Source: Dictyostelium discoideum
Lineage: Eukaryota
Length of the DNA: 64,000 nucleotides
Assembly: GCA_000004695.1 (NCBI GenBank)
Contig: CM000154.2
Coordinates: 4,800,001-4,864,000, forward strand
Direction of reading: 5' to 3'
Shown here: positions 10,552 to 28,283 of the stretch, one piece after another
Numbering within the stretch: position 1 is the first letter of the stretch
Layout: every line of letters begins with the position of its first letter
Position numbers and translations under genes: made by a program
Notes under the pieces: model-generated
The model's input: the letters and a program-made list of their open reading frames with translations, nothing else
Told to the model about the DNA's origin: nothing
The model's database searches: none

Positions 10552-11798
10552 TTTTTGTATAAATTACCTTTTTTATCTTCTTTTTTTGTAATTGATTTTG
10601 ATTTATCCAAAACATTGACTAATGTAAATGAATATTCTACTTTTAATGAGTTTGGTTCTTCAATGTTATTAACTCTTAAATATAATGAAATGTACTCTTT
10701 ATTTTCATCACCTTTAGGATAAACACAAACTTGAAAAAGGTGAGAGAGTATTGACAACATTGGAGAGGACAATGCTTGACAATTTAATTTTGATTTTGCT
10801 ACACTTGAATAGTTTGAAATGATCCATTTATTTCTATACCCATTTGAACAAATATCCAAAGCCTTTGGAAGAACTTGTTTCTTTAAACATGCATCACTGA
10901 ATTTGATAACTAATAATGACAAATCTTCAATCTTTTTCAAAAGTTCATCATGAGTTTTCTTTGATTGGCCAACTTGATTTGTTAATTTTTCAATTAGAAT
11001 GCCCATGTAATTTTGATGATTCACTCTCTCCAAATGATTTTGTAATTCTGATCTCTTCATCTCAACTTTACAACCTTGTTCAAAATATTTACATGGTATT
11101 TGAGTATTACAACAATCATTTTCAATATGATCGATAATTGATTTCCTTTCAATTTTCACTGAACAACCTTGTGAGCAATCAATTGGAACCATAGGACATG
11201 TCTTATAATGAGTTTCTAATTCCTTCTTTTTAATATCATCCCTTTTACAGAAATCACATGTAACCAATTTGAAACCACATTCATTTTGATGAGATTCTAA
11301 CGAATTCATTCTTAAAATCTTTTCACATCCTTTGAATGAACATGTAACAAATTTATATTGACAATTGATTAAATGAGAATCAATTTGATCAACTTCAATT
11401 TTTTCTTTACAACCATTTTCTTCATCTTTTATTAATTTTCTTTGATTTTGGTCTGAGGCACCATCTGGTGGTGAACAATTTGTTCCACCTTCAACGATTT
11501 GTTCATTGAAAGAGTAAATACAACAACATTCTTTTTTATCAAATGCACGCTCTACCATCAAACATCTTGATAAATCATTATATGAATTCACTACTGATTT
11601 ACAAGTCATACATTCTTTTTTTGTTTCTAATGATTTCTCCCAACATTCTTTACATGCATGATGACCTGATTTACATTGATAAATTTGTTTTTTATAAATA
11701 AATTCAAAACAAATTGGACATGTATATTTATTTTTCTTTTGTAATGATTCTTGATTAAATAAAATATCATTAATTGTAAATTTTATATCAATTGACAT
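10278..11798 (-). CDS. TRAF-like protein (RING + TRAF zinc fingers + MATH); 2 exons; intron carries an (AAT)n microsatellite
   Basis: Same architecture and about 60% identity to gene 2105-3917 at the N-terminus ([33 protein letters not shown]..). The donor is aaaaaag|gtaattta (10566-10567). The track ORF tail YYYYYY.. is read-through of the (ATT)n intron (10472-10549). The terminal exon encodes ..[44 protein letters not shown]. The acceptor is either ttttag| (exon start 10429) or ttcag| (10414); both are in frame. Confidence 0.8.
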
Positions 11799-12170
11799 TT
11801 TTTTACAAAAATTATTAATAAAAAAAAAAAAAAAAATAATAATTATAAAAAATAAAAAATAATAATTATAAAAATAAATAATAAAAGATAATAATAAAAG
11901 AAATTAAAATAAAGAAAATAAAGAAATTAATATAAATAAAATAATAATAAAGAGAATAAAAAAAAAAAAAAAAAAAAAAATTTAAAAATAAATAATTAAT
12001 AATTTTTTTAATTTTAATTTTAATTTTAATAAACCATAAATAATTCTTAAATTGAGATAGAATAAACCAAAAATAAATTTTGGGGGTATGGTGGAGTTGT
12101 TAATGTGGTAAATTATTATTTTTATACATACAAAAAATAAGAAAAACTGATTTTTTTAAATTTATTACTA

Positions 12171-12200
12171 TGTGTGTTCATGTGTGTTTGAGTGTGTTTG
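12171..12200. promoter_or_regulatory. GT-rich G-box-like element (tgtgtgttcatgtgtgtttgagtgtgtttg), ~760 bp upstream of the cysteine proteinase gene
   Basis: Unusual G/T-rich block in otherwise >85% A+T intergenic DNA. Resembles the (T/G)G(T/G)G(T/G)G half-sites bound by G-box binding factor in Dictyostelium developmental promoters (established knowledge). Assigning it to the cprotease promoter is inference. Confidence 0.3.
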
Positions 12201-12490
12201 TAAATTCAACATGTGGTTTATTGGAACTCACACCCTAAAAAAAGTGATTTGAAAAAAAATAAAAAAATAATAATAAAAATAATAAACCAAAATTTTATAA
12301 AATTAAAAGTGATTTAAAAAAAAAGAAAAAAAAAAAAAAAAAAGAAATTATATTTGAACTGATGTAACAATTGATTCATTAAATACAAATAATAGTGATT
12401 CCATTTTCTTTGGTATTATAAAAAATAATAAAAAATAAAAATATTAATAAAACTAACTCAGGTTAAAAAAAATAAAAGAAGAGAAAATAA

Positions 12491-12762
12491 ATTATTTTGT
12501 TTTTTTAACCACCAATGCTTTAATATAGATTCAATCAAAAAGGAATGGGGATTCTATTATGATAAAAAAAAAATAAAACAAAAGAAAATAAAAATATTTT
12601 GTTTTTTTAACCACCAATGCTTTAATATAGATTCAATCAAAAAGGAATGGGGGTTCTATTATGATAAAAAAAAAATTAACCCAAAGAAAATTAAAATATT
12701 TTGTTTTTTTAACCCCCAATGCTTTAATATAGATTCAATCAAAAAGGAATGGGGGTTTTTTT
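12491..12762. repeat. Tandem repeat, ~102-bp unit x ~2.7 copies (..tttgtttttttaaccaccaatgctttaatatagattcaatcaaaaaggaatgggg(a/g)ttctattatgat..)
   Basis: Direct reading: copies start at ~12491, ~12593 and ~12696, with >90% identity. Located 200-470 bp upstream of the cysteine proteinase ATG (12963). Confidence 0.7.
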
Positions 12763-12962
12763 TTGGTTAAAAAAAAAAAAAAAAAAAAAAAATTTTGAAG
12801 TGTTAAATTTTATTTATATTTTTATTTATTTTTATTTTTTTTTATTTTTATTATTTTTGTTTTTAATTTTTTTTTTTTTTAATTAATTTTTTTTTTTTTT
12901 TTCCTTTTTTAATAAATTAATTTTTTTTTTTCTCATTATATTATATATGAAACATTAAAAAA

Positions 12963-13057
12963 ATGAAAGTTATATTATTATTTGTTTTAGCTGTTTTTAC
13001 TGTTTTTGTTTCAAGTAGAGGAATTCCATTAGGTTTGTAATTAACTATTATTTTAGA

Positions 13058-13126
<69 letters not shown>

Positions 13127-14169
13127 TAAAAAATAATAAAAAAAATGTTTTTAACAATTTTTTTTTTTATTTTTTTTTATTTTTATTTTTATTTTTTTAA
13201 AATAATTAAAAGAAGAACAAAGTCAATTCCTTGAATTTCAAGATAAATTCAATAAAAAATATTCACATGAAGAATATTTGGAAAGATTTGAAATTTTTAA
13301 AAGCAATTTAGGAAAAATTGAAGAATTAAATCTAATAGCCATTAATCACAAAGCTGATACTAAATTTGGTGTAAACAAGTTTGCAGATCTTTCCAGTGAC
13401 GAATTTAAAAATTATTATTTAAATAATAAGGAAGCAATATTCACTGATGACCTTCCAGTTGCTGATTATCTTGATGATGAATTCATTAATTCAATTCCAA
13501 CTGCATTTGATTGGAGAACTAGAGGTGCTGTTACACCTGTAAAAAATCAAGGTCAATGTGGTAGTAAGTAATTTTTATATACTATTTTATATATATATTC
13601 TCTCTTATATTATATTAACTAATAAAAATTAATTTTTTAAAAATAATAATAATAATAATAATATCATTTGATAGGTTGTTGGTCATTTTCAACTACTGGT
13701 AATGTTGAGGGACAACATTTCATTAGTCAGAATAAATTAGTTTCATTATCAGAGCAAAACTTGGTAGATTGTGATCATGAGTGTATGGAATATGAAGGTG
13801 AACAAGCTTGTGATGAGGGTTGTAATGGTGGTCTTCAAGTATGTATAAAATAATAATAAAATAAACCAATATAACATACCAATAATTAAATACTGATACT
13901 GATACTAATTAAAAATTAATATTATTATTAGCCAAATGCATATAATTATATCATTAAAAATGGTGGAATTCAAACAGAATCTTCATATCCTTACACTGCT
14001 GAAACAGGTACACAATGTAACTTTAACTCTGCCAATATTGGTGCAAAGATTTCCAATTTTACAATGATCCCAAAGAATGAAACTGTAATGGCTGGGTACA
14101 TCGTTAGTACTGGACCACTCGCAATTGCTGCTGATGCTGTTGAGTAAGTTTTTAAAATTTTAACTTTGA

Positions 14170-14228
<59 letters not shown>

Positions 14229-14596
14229 TTTCAAATCTTCTAATAATTTCTTATTGTTATCTAAAAAAAAAAGGTGGCAATTTTATATTGGTGGTGTATT
14301 TGATATTCCATGTAATCCAAATTCACTTGATCATGGTATTTTAATTGTTGGTTACTCTGCTAAAAATACAATTTTCCGTAAAAATATGCCATATTGGATT
14401 GTAAAGAATTCTTGGGGTGCAGAGTAAGTATTTTAAATTTTAAAATAATAATAATAAAAAAAATAATAATTTAGTTTACTAATAATTAATTTTGTTAAAA
14501 AAAAAAAAAAGTTGGGGAGAACAAGGATACATTTATTTAAGAAGAGGAAAGAATACATGTGGTGTATCAAACTTTGTTTCAACTAGTATAATTTAA
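12963..14596 (+). CDS. Papain-family (C1A) cysteine proteinase, 6 exons
   Basis: Signal peptide [18 protein letters not shown]. An I29 propeptide region (..[17 protein letters not shown]..). The active-site motif QGQCGS|[12 protein letters not shown] is split by an intron (donor ggta|gtaagtaa ~13567, acceptor ..gatag| ~13675). There are His and Asn regions (..[10 protein letters not shown].., ..NSWGA) and a C-terminus [27 protein letters not shown]. Exon 1 is 12963-13032. Introns at 13033-13212 and 14146-14271 carry (AAT)n/(ATT)n. Several track ORFs (13278, 13668, 14170) are exon pieces. Confidence 0.9.
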
Positions 14597-14620
14597 ATTT
14601 ATACCAAATATTTAGTTTAG

Positions 14621-14654
<34 letters not shown>

Positions 14655-14824
14655 ATTTAAAAATAAATAAAATTTTTTATTAAATCTAAAAAAAAAAAAA
14701 AAAAAAAGAAATAGTGTTTGTATATATATGTATATATTATTATATTTATTGTTATTGTTACATTTATTTTAATTATTTAATATAAAAATAATTGGATTTG
14801 TTTTTTTTATTTTTTTTTTTTATT

Positions 14825-16027
14825 TTATGGTAAAACTTGAATTCTAAGACCAATAACTAATTTATCTTCATCAGTTAACCAACCATTTGCAGAATCAACA
14901 TCAACAGTTTTTAAAGTTTTTGGATAACCCCAACCAGAAGTTGCACCACCATTAAAAGTATACTCTTGAATTCTATAAGTTCTATTTTTACGAGAATCTT
15001 GATTATTAAATACAAATGTAAATGAAACTTTTACAGCTGGTTCATTGATACTAACTCTATAGAGGTAAGCAGAGATATTACCTTTATTAGATTCATCATA
15101 ACCATTTGGGTAAAGTGTTAATTTGAATTTATTATTACCAACATCCAAAGGGACTGTACTAATACCTTCATTCACTCTTTTTAATTTATGAGTTGAAAAT
15201 GTTGCGAAAATAATTGAATTTTTAAATCTTGGTAATAGTGATAATTTATTTGAAGCGTCCATTGATAATTGTTCCAATTTAATCACCCTTTCTAAAAGTT
15301 TTTCATATTTATTATTGATTTGGTAGATTTGGTTCTTACATTCAACCAATTCCAATTGTTGGTTATTTATAACTTTGTCCATCTCAAATGAGTGATTCAC
15401 CTTTTCATAATGGTCGGCCAATTCGAATCTTTTGAAATCAATAGACTCATTTTTACTATTATTTAGACAACAATATTTACATTTTACAATTGTAAATTTA
15501 CAATCTTGATCTATGTGCAGTCTTAATTGTTCCCTTGGGAATGATTTTTTACAAGACTCGGATTGAGTGCATTGTATTCTAACTTTTGGACAAACTAAAG
15601 CATGAGCATCCAATTGACCTGGTATCTCCTTATCACAATGTAAACAATACTTTGAACTGAATTTACAATCTATTTTATGTTCGGCAATTTGCTTTAATCT
15701 TAATATTTTATCACATCCTGTGAATGGACATTTTTCAAATCTAAATTGACATTCAACTTGATGTTTCTCTAATGCTTCAACTGTAATTATCTCTTTACAA
15801 CCATTTGATTCATCCCTTATCAATGCTTCATTCATTGATGAATCATCAACATTTACATTTTCAATAAAGAAAAATGAATTTGGACAATAAACTTTTTTTT
15901 TTAAAAACTCATTTTCAATAAATCTATTTCTTGATAATTCATTCATTGAATTAACTGGTGTTCTACAAATCATACATTCTTTTTTATTTAATAATGAATC
16001 TGACCAACATGATTTACATGCTAAATG

Positions 16028-16068
<41 letters not shown>

Positions 16069-16254
16069 TTTATCTTGTGTTATGTATATATATATATTTT
16101 TTTTTTTTTTCAATCCTTACCCATCTCTACATTGAAAAACTTCTTTTTTTGAAGAACTTGAATAATATAAATCAAAACAAATTGGGCATGTAAAATTATC
16201 TGATAGTGATTCATGATCTACTAAAAGTTCATTAATTGAATATTTTACTGTCAT
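14825..16254 (-). CDS. TRAF-like protein (RING + TRAF zinc fingers + MATH); 2 exons (16121-16254, 14825-16028)
   Basis: Exon 1 is MTVKYSINELLVDHESLSDNFTCPICFDLYYSSSSKKEVFQCRDG. The donor is gatgg|gtaagg (16119-16120), with a 92-bp intron, and the acceptor is ttttttag| (16029-16030). Translation continues [26 protein letters not shown].. into ORF 14825-15973. The C-terminal MATH domain ends GWLTDEDKLVIGLRIQVLP*. Confidence 0.85.
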
Positions 16255-16311
16255 TTTATGATTTTTTTTTTAATATATATTTATTTATTTGGAAAAAATT
16301 AGGATATGATG

Positions 16312-16346
<35 letters not shown>

Positions 16347-16557
16347 GTTTTAAAAAAAAAAAATTAAAAAAAAAATAAAAAAATAAAAAAAAACTGATTA
16401 AATTTTTAAGTTAATCTCTCGAAAATATCTTTTTTTTTTCAGTTTCCAAAACAATTATTTTATTTTATTTTTTATTTTTTTTTGCCCAAGTTTTCACACA
16501 CAACAATTTTTTTTTTTTTTTTTTATTTCTGTTCTATTTTTATTTTTATTTTTTTTT

Positions 16558-17206
16558 TTATTGCCCAAATAAAGATTGAAATAATTTTGGAAATAATGAT
16601 TTTTCATTAATTGATAATTGTGAAAACCAAATTTTCATTGAATTAATATCATTTTTATCAATTGGAAATTGTTGTAATGATAAAGCAGTATTCATTTTGA
16701 AATTGAATGAAAAATCAGTATTTTCAGTATCCAATAGAATATAATTTAACATATTATCCTTTAGGATTTGAATACCTTCTTTTTCAATTGAATCACTATA
16801 ACTATTTGAACACATTAAACCTATTGAATAGATTATTTGATTTTTTATAGTTTCATTTGTTAATACACCAATTAAAATCCATAATTTAGTAGCAATCAAT
16901 GTATTATGAGACCAAATCCAACCTAAATAAATTGATAATAATTCTAAACTTAATAATATTGTAAATATTTCTTGATATTCTTGTTTTTGTTCTTGTTGAT
17001 TATTATTACTATTATTTTCAACAATTTCAATTAATTCATCAAGTTTTAAAATTAATGCATTTGAATAATTCTCTAAATTAAATTCATTATTAATTGGTAA
17101 ATTTATACATTGAAAGAATTTTTTAAATTTCCTAGCCTATATATAAAAAATAAAAAATAAAAAATTAATTAGTACAAAGATGTTAAATATTTAAAAAATT
17201 TAAAAC

Positions 17207-17296
<90 letters not shown>

Positions 17297-20200
17297 TACA
17301 ATAATTGAATTATCTTTTAATGATAATAATTTAAAATTTAAAATTGCAATAAATGTTTTTATCAAATAATCACCATCTTTTGATTTAAAAAATAAAGGTA
17401 TAATTGATTGAACGATTAAGAATATATCGATTCTAATTGTTGAATATTCTTTTAATGATTCATAAAGTAATGTTTGAATCGGATAGAATTGTTGTAAAAT
17501 TTGACAAACTGAACATAAAACTTGACATAAAAATAATGATTGTGATTCTTTTATCATTGATAATGAATTTATTATTGAATTTGAAATTTTCGATTTCAAT
17601 AATATTGTACTTATCATTAATTTAAAGAAATTAGATTTAAAATTATCATTACTCTTTATAAATTTACAAATTAATGAAATCATTGAAAGAAAACTCTTAT
17701 GTAATGGTTGTGTTGTTGAGTTTGTTGTAGTTGTAGTACTAGTTGTTGTTGTAGTTGTTGATGTTGTAATAATTGAATGACTTAATAAAAGACGTTCAAC
17801 AATTGAATAAAATAATTTTTTCACCCAAATTGTTTCATTACCACCATTTTCTTTCCATGATTCTAATGATAATGATTTATATACAGGTTCAATTGAATTT
17901 GAATCAAATGATGATTGAATTTTTGATAATTGTTCATCAATAAATTTATATGTTAAATGTTGACTCTTATCAATTGGTTTTGATTTTGGTTTTGATTTTG
18001 GTTTTGGTTTTGGTAGTTGTGATTGTTTTTTTACTGTTGTTGTTTGTTGTGGTAGTTGTGGTGGTTGTGGTGGTTGTTTTTGTTGAGTAATAAGTGGTGG
18101 TAAAGAATCAAATAATTTATTTCTTTTTTCATTTGGTTGAGAAGTTTGTATTGCAGTACTACTCTTTTCAATTTCTGTATCTGATAATTTTCTTTTATTA
18201 TTTTTACTTGGTGATTGTATTGTTGATTTTGGTGGTGGTAAAGTTGTAGTGATGGTTGTAGGTGTAGGTGTGGGTATTGGTGTTGGTATTGGTGTTGGTA
18301 TTGGTGTTGGTATTGGTTTAGCAGCTTTTATCTTATTTTCTAAATTCTTTTCAGCCAATTTTTGCTGAAGAGGTTGTTTTTTATTCTTTTCTGGTGATGG
18401 ACTATTAATTGTTGTTTCAAATATACCAGGTGAAATTGGTGAAAATACTGAAAAATCTGATGAAACTGCATTCAACACTGAGTAAGGATCACGTGTTATT
18501 TGGTTATTTAATGATGATGATGATGATGATGATGATGACGATGGTGGTGTAAGTATAATTGGTGTTGTTTCAAAATTAGTTGGGGTTGTAACTATATCTG
18601 TTGCCTTGTTTGTTGTTGGCGTTGTTGTAGTTGAATTAGAAATTATTTCTGATGTTGGTGTTGCTGGAATTGATATTGATATTGGTATTGGTGTTGGTGT
18701 TGTTGTTGGATTTGGTGTTGTTGGTGTTGTTGTTGGTGTTGTTGGTGTTGTTGGTGTTGGATTTGAAATTGTTTCAGTTGATATTGGTGTAGGTGTTGAA
18801 GTGGTGGTAGCATTAGGTATTTTAGTAGTATTGTTTGTTGGTAAATTTAATGTTTTAGTAGTTTTAGAAATTGTTGATTTTTTAGGTATTGTTTTTTTAG
18901 CAGCACTAGGTTGAGGTTTAGTAATTGGTGGTGGTGGTGTAAATACCTCAAGTTCAATTGATTTAATTTCTTTAATTTCTTTATCAATTTCCTTATCAAT
19001 TTCCTTTTCAAATACTTGATCCTCTTTTAATTTTCTCTCATTTTCCAATTTCTCTTTTTCCTTTTGTTTTTCATTCTCTAATTGTTTTTGAATTTCAATA
19101 TCTCTTTCTTTTTCAATATCTCTCTCTTTTTCAATCAATCTTTCTTTTTCTTTTTGTTGTTCTAGCTTTTCTTTTTCCAATCTCTCTTTATCTAATTTTT
19201 CTTTTTCTAATCTTTCTTTTTGTTGTTCTTTTTCCAACTTTTCTTTTTCTTTTTGAAACCTTTCTCTCTCTAATCTTTCTTTTTCTAATCTTTCTTTTTC
19301 TAATCTTTCTTTCTCTAATCTTTCTTTTTGTAATCTTTCTTTTTCAAATCTTTCTTTTTCAATTCTTTCTTTTTCCTTTTGTAACCTTTCTCTCTCTAAC
19401 TTTTCTTTTTCTAACTTTTCTTTTTCTAACCTCTCTTTTTCTAATTTTTCTTTTTCCTTTTGTGATCTTTCTCTCTCTAACCTTTCTTTTTCTAATCTTT
19501 CTTTTTCTAATCTTTCTTTTTCTAATCTTTCTTTTTCTAATCTTTCTTTTTCTAATCTTTCTTTTTCTAATCTTTCTTTTTCTAGTCTTTCTTTTTCTAA
19601 TTTTTCTTTTTCAAATTGTTCTTGTTTTGTTTTTTCAATTATTTCCATTTGTTTTTGTTTGATAGTTAACATTTCATCAATTTCAAATAAATTACTACCT
19701 ATATCATCATCCTCACTACCAAATCCTGGAATATCGTTATCATCTGATTCTGTTTCTGTTTCTGGTTCAGACTCTGAATCCGAATCATCGCTTTCTTCAT
19801 CAGATTCTTTTTCACTTTTATCATTATCCTTCATTAAAATATCTTTTGTAGTATCATTTTCTAAAATTGATATTTGTTGTTGTGGTGATGTTATAGTTGT
19901 TGTTGCTGCTGTTATTGTTGGTGACGGTGGTAAAATTGTTTTTGTGGTTGTTGTTGTTATGGTTGGGGGTGAGGTGGTTTTAAAAATTGGTGCATTTATA
20001 GTGGTGTTTTTCTTTTGTGGTTGTATTGTTTGAATAATTGGTGTTAGTGGTGATGTTGTTGTTGTTAAAATTGGTGGTGATGTTGTTTTTGTTGTTATAA
20101 TTGGTGGTGGTGGTGTTGTTGTTATTGTTGTTGTTGTTGTTGTTGTTTTTATAATTGGTGGTGGTGTTGTTTTTATAATTGGTGGTGGTAGTGATGGTGT

Positions 20201-21569
20201 TGTTGTTATAATTGGTGGTGGTGGTGATGTTGTTGTTATAGCTGGTGGTGATGTTGTTTTTGTTGTTGCTATAATTGGTGGTGGTAGTGATGGTGTTGTT
20301 GTTTTTATAGTTGGTGGCAGTGGTGATGTTGTTGTTGCTGCTATAATTGGCGGTGATGATGTTGTTGTTTTTGTGGTTGTTGTTGCTGCTGCTATAATTG
20401 GTGGTGTTGTTGTTGTTATAATTGGTGGTGTTGTTGTTGCTACTATAATTGGAGGTGATGTTGTTTTTGTTATAATTGGTGGTAATGTTGTTTTTGCTGC
20501 TATAATTGGTGGTGATGTTGTTTTTGTTGTTGCTGTTGTTGTTGCTGCTGCAATAGTTTCAAGTACTTTGGTTCCATCCTCCCAAAAATCTTCTTCATAT
20601 TCTTCATTAATTTTATTTACATTTTCATTTACATTTACATTTACATTTACATCTACATCTCTATTTTCAAACAAATCACTATTAATTTGCTCAAATTCTA
20701 TATCACCTTCCAATTCTTTTTCTTTTTCTCTTTCCCTTTTTAATTCTTTCTCTAATTCTTTTTCTTTTTCTAATTGTTTTTCTTTTTCTAATAACTGCTT
20801 TTGATTTTCTTCAAATTGAGAGATTGTCATATTATCATTATCATCATCGTAACTTAATCCAATATCATTATTATTATTATTATTATTATGTTCCTTATTA
20901 TTATTGATTTCATTATCTTCATTATTAATATCATTTTCTAAATCTCCATTATCATTAAATGATGGTATATTATTTAATTGATTAGCTAAATCATCATGAT
21001 CATCTTGTTCATTTACTTTTTTTCTACGTCTAGTTAATGTTTTTAATTGTGTTTCATTATTATTATTATTATCATCATTATTATCATTATTATTATTATT
21101 ATCATTATCATTATTTTTGTTATCATTAAATTTACCACAACCAGGACAAGAGAAAGAGAAAATCTTTTTTTTTAAACTTGTGTTATCTTTTTCTAATTTC
21201 TCAGATTTCTTTTTAAATTCTATATATTTTTTTTTATATTCGTCAAATAATTCCAATTTCTTATTGGCTTTATCCATATTTTCTAATAACATACTATAAC
21301 TTTCAACCTTTGCACGAATTTGAACGTTTAAAGAATTCATTGATATAACTTCAGCATCTTTTGATGCCAATTCTTTATTAATTCTTTCAATTGTTTCTTC
21401 TAATTTTGAAATCTTTGTTCTTAATGGTAAATGACTATTAATTTCAGTATCTAATTGAAACTTTAAATTTTTAGTTTCTTTTTGTTCATTTACATATAAT
21501 TTTTCAAAATGTTTTTCATTATTATTATTATTATTATTACTACTATTACAATTATTTTCAAAATGTTTT

Positions 21570-21631
<62 letters not shown>

Positions 21632-22036
21632 GTTATTATTATTGTTCCTATTATTATTAATAATTTGAATTTGATTATTTAATTTATTATTTAAATTTTC
21701 TATATTTATATTTTTTTGTTCCAATTGAAATTGTTGATTATTTAAAATTAATTTTAATTTATCATTCTCTTGTGTTATAAATTGGTTTTGTGTTTGAAGT
21801 TCTTTAAATCTTGAAACTAATGAACTAGTAGCTATAATTTTGGATTTCATTATCATTAAATTATTATTTACAATATCATTATTATTATTATTGGTGGTAT
21901 TGTTATTATTTACATTTTGGGTTGACATTGGTGTTGAGTTTATTTCAACAATTTTATTTTCATTATTTTTATTATTATTATTGTTATTATCATTATTATT
22001 GTTATTATCTGTATTTGTAAAATTATCCATTGTCAA
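16558..22036 (-). CDS. Very large (~1750 aa) low-complexity protein with ERLEK heptad repeats, Thr/Pro-rich TTSPPII repeats and a poly-Asn N-terminus; 2 exons (17300-22036, 16558-17136)
   Basis: Long ORF 17183-22036. Its last residues (IIIII..) are read-through of an (AAT)n-containing intron. The donor is att|gtaatt (17298-17299) and the acceptor is atatag| (17137-17138). The last exon continues in frame as [19 protein letters not shown].. and ends ..LFQSLFGQ* (this overlaps track ORF 16558-16899). The function is unknown. Confidence 0.75.
17201..17297. repeat. (AAT)n/(ATT)n microsatellite within the intron of gene 16558-22036
   Basis: Direct reading. Confidence 0.9.
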
Positions 22037-22682
22037 AAATTTTATTTGTCTCTGGAAATTTTAAAAATAAAATTAAAAAAAAAAAATTAAAAAAATAAAA
22101 AAACGAAAAAAAAAAAAATAAAAAATAAAAAAAAATATTTTTTTTATTTTTTTTTTTAATTTAATTTTTTTTTTTTTTAATTTTTTCCTATTAAACCACT
22201 ATCAGAAATTTCTTTATTATTTATTTATTGTTTTTTTATACCATTCTTTATGATCAAATAATAATTTATTTAAAAAAATAAAATATCAAAATTAGAAAAA
22301 AAAAAAAAAAAAACTAAAAAATTTAATTAAAAAAAATAAAAATAAAAAATATTTTAAGCGTCAGATATTTATTTTTCAAATGGAAATTTGATTTTAATTT
22401 TTAAATTAATTAATTTTAAATTTTTTTTTTTTTTTTTTTTTGTATCAAAATACAATTGCTTTTTTTATTTAAAATTTTTTTTTTTTTTTTTTTTGAAAAA
22501 GAAAAAAAAAAAAAAATCTATTCAAAGTTTTTTCATATTAAAATTCAATTAACATAATATTTATTGTTATATTATATAAATATAATTATTGAAAAATAAA
22601 AATAAAAATAAGTAAATAAAATAAAAAAAAAATAAAAAATAAAAAATAAAAAATAATTATTTAAGACGGATAAATAAATTAA

Positions 22683-22721
<39 letters not shown>

Positions 22722-22799
22722 AGAAAGAAAGAAAGAAAGAAAAAAAGAAATAAATAAATAAATAAATTTAAAAATAATAGTAATAATAATAATAAGAAA

Positions 22800-27065
<4,266 letters not shown>

Positions 27066-27306
27066 TCAAAATAATTTGTATAATCAAAAAATTATAAAAA
27101 TAAAAATAAAAATAAATATATTACATATATATAAAAAATAAAAAAGAATAAATTAATTTAAAAAATAAAAAATAAATAATTAAATTAACAATATCCCATT
27201 CCTATTTTTGTTTATTGTTTTTTATTTTTAATACATATATTCTTTTTTTTTTTTTATTCTTTTTTTATTGGTATTTGTATATCTTTTTTTTATTTTTTTT
27301 TTTTAA

Positions 27307-27853
27307 TTTTAACCTAAGAAATTGAATACAACAAGGTGAAGAATTAAATTGCATAAAAGATAATCAGTGAATGCTCTTTCAATTGAAATGGTTTTACCAA
27401 AATTGTTAATTGGATTAATTTGAATTCTTAAACATACTATAATTGATAATTTTAAATATTGAATAAAATTGATTGTTTTTTAAAATATAAAAAAAAGGGT
27501 ATTAATATTTGGTATTATCATTATTATAATTCATTATTAATTATTAATTATTTATAATATTAGGGGTGAGTGGTGGAGGAGGAGGGAAATTATTTTTTTT
27601 AAAAAAAAAAAACTTTACCTGTTAAAACAAAACAACCAACAGTTGAAATGAAAGCAGCTAAAAATGAATTGAATGGGTAGGTACCAACCAAACAACAATA
27701 TGTGAATACAATTACACCAGTAATGAAAGTATATATAAGGAAAAGATCAATAATCTTTAATTTTTGTGGAGTCTTTGAATAACTCTCAAAAAATGATTTA
27801 ACAATTGATGTAAATGTAAGATTATTTGATGATGTTGATGCTGTTGTTGACAT
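27307..27853 (-). CDS. dad1: DAD1/OST2 (oligosaccharyltransferase subunit, defender against cell death 1); 2 exons (27619-27853, 27307-27435)
   Basis: Exon 1 ..[59 protein letters not shown] matches the DAD1 core (..[58 protein letters not shown]). The donor is acag|gtaaag and the intron is 27436-27618. Exon 2 encodes [42 protein letters not shown], the conserved DAD1 C-terminus. It is convergent with xdh, with stops 241 bp apart. Confidence 0.9.
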
Positions 27854-27919
27854 TTTTTATTTTTTTTTCTTTCTCTGTGGTCTAAATAAAATTATATCTT
27901 GATGATCACAAATTAATTT

Positions 27920-27953
<34 letters not shown>

Positions 27954-28283
27954 AAAAAAAAAAAAAAAAATTAAAAAAAAAATTTTTTGAAAAAAAAAAA
28001 AAAAAAATGAAAATGGAATTGATTAGCAAAACGATTGAATATCTTTACTTTTTATTTTTTATTTTCTGGGCTTTTTTTTTTTTTTCTAAAAATTTGTTTC
28101 CAATTCAAAAAAAGTATCCTAATAAATAATAATAATAATAATAATAATAATTTTTTTTTTTTTTAATTTAAATTTGTAATTGTTTTATTTGTTTTGTGAT
28201 ACAATATTTATTTATTTAGTTTCTTTTTGTTCCTTTCCAACTTTCTTGAATGAATTTCTATATTGGTCATATTTTTCTGTTCA

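Noticed and set aside
10430-10615. Minus ORF with a long poly-Ile run
   Set aside because: It is (AAT)n intron read-through inside TRAF-like gene 10278-11798.
1-12762. CRISPR-like interpretation of the 12-bp, 39-bp and 102-bp tandem repeats
   Set aside because: This is a eukaryotic nuclear context. The units lack constant-length unique spacers and there are no cas genes; they are ordinary mini/microsatellites.
18606-20804. Plus-strand ORFs rich in V/G/I (18606-18914, 19462-20033, 20373-20804)
   Set aside because: They are antisense translations of the TTSPPII / ERLEK repeat arrays of the minus-strand giant gene.
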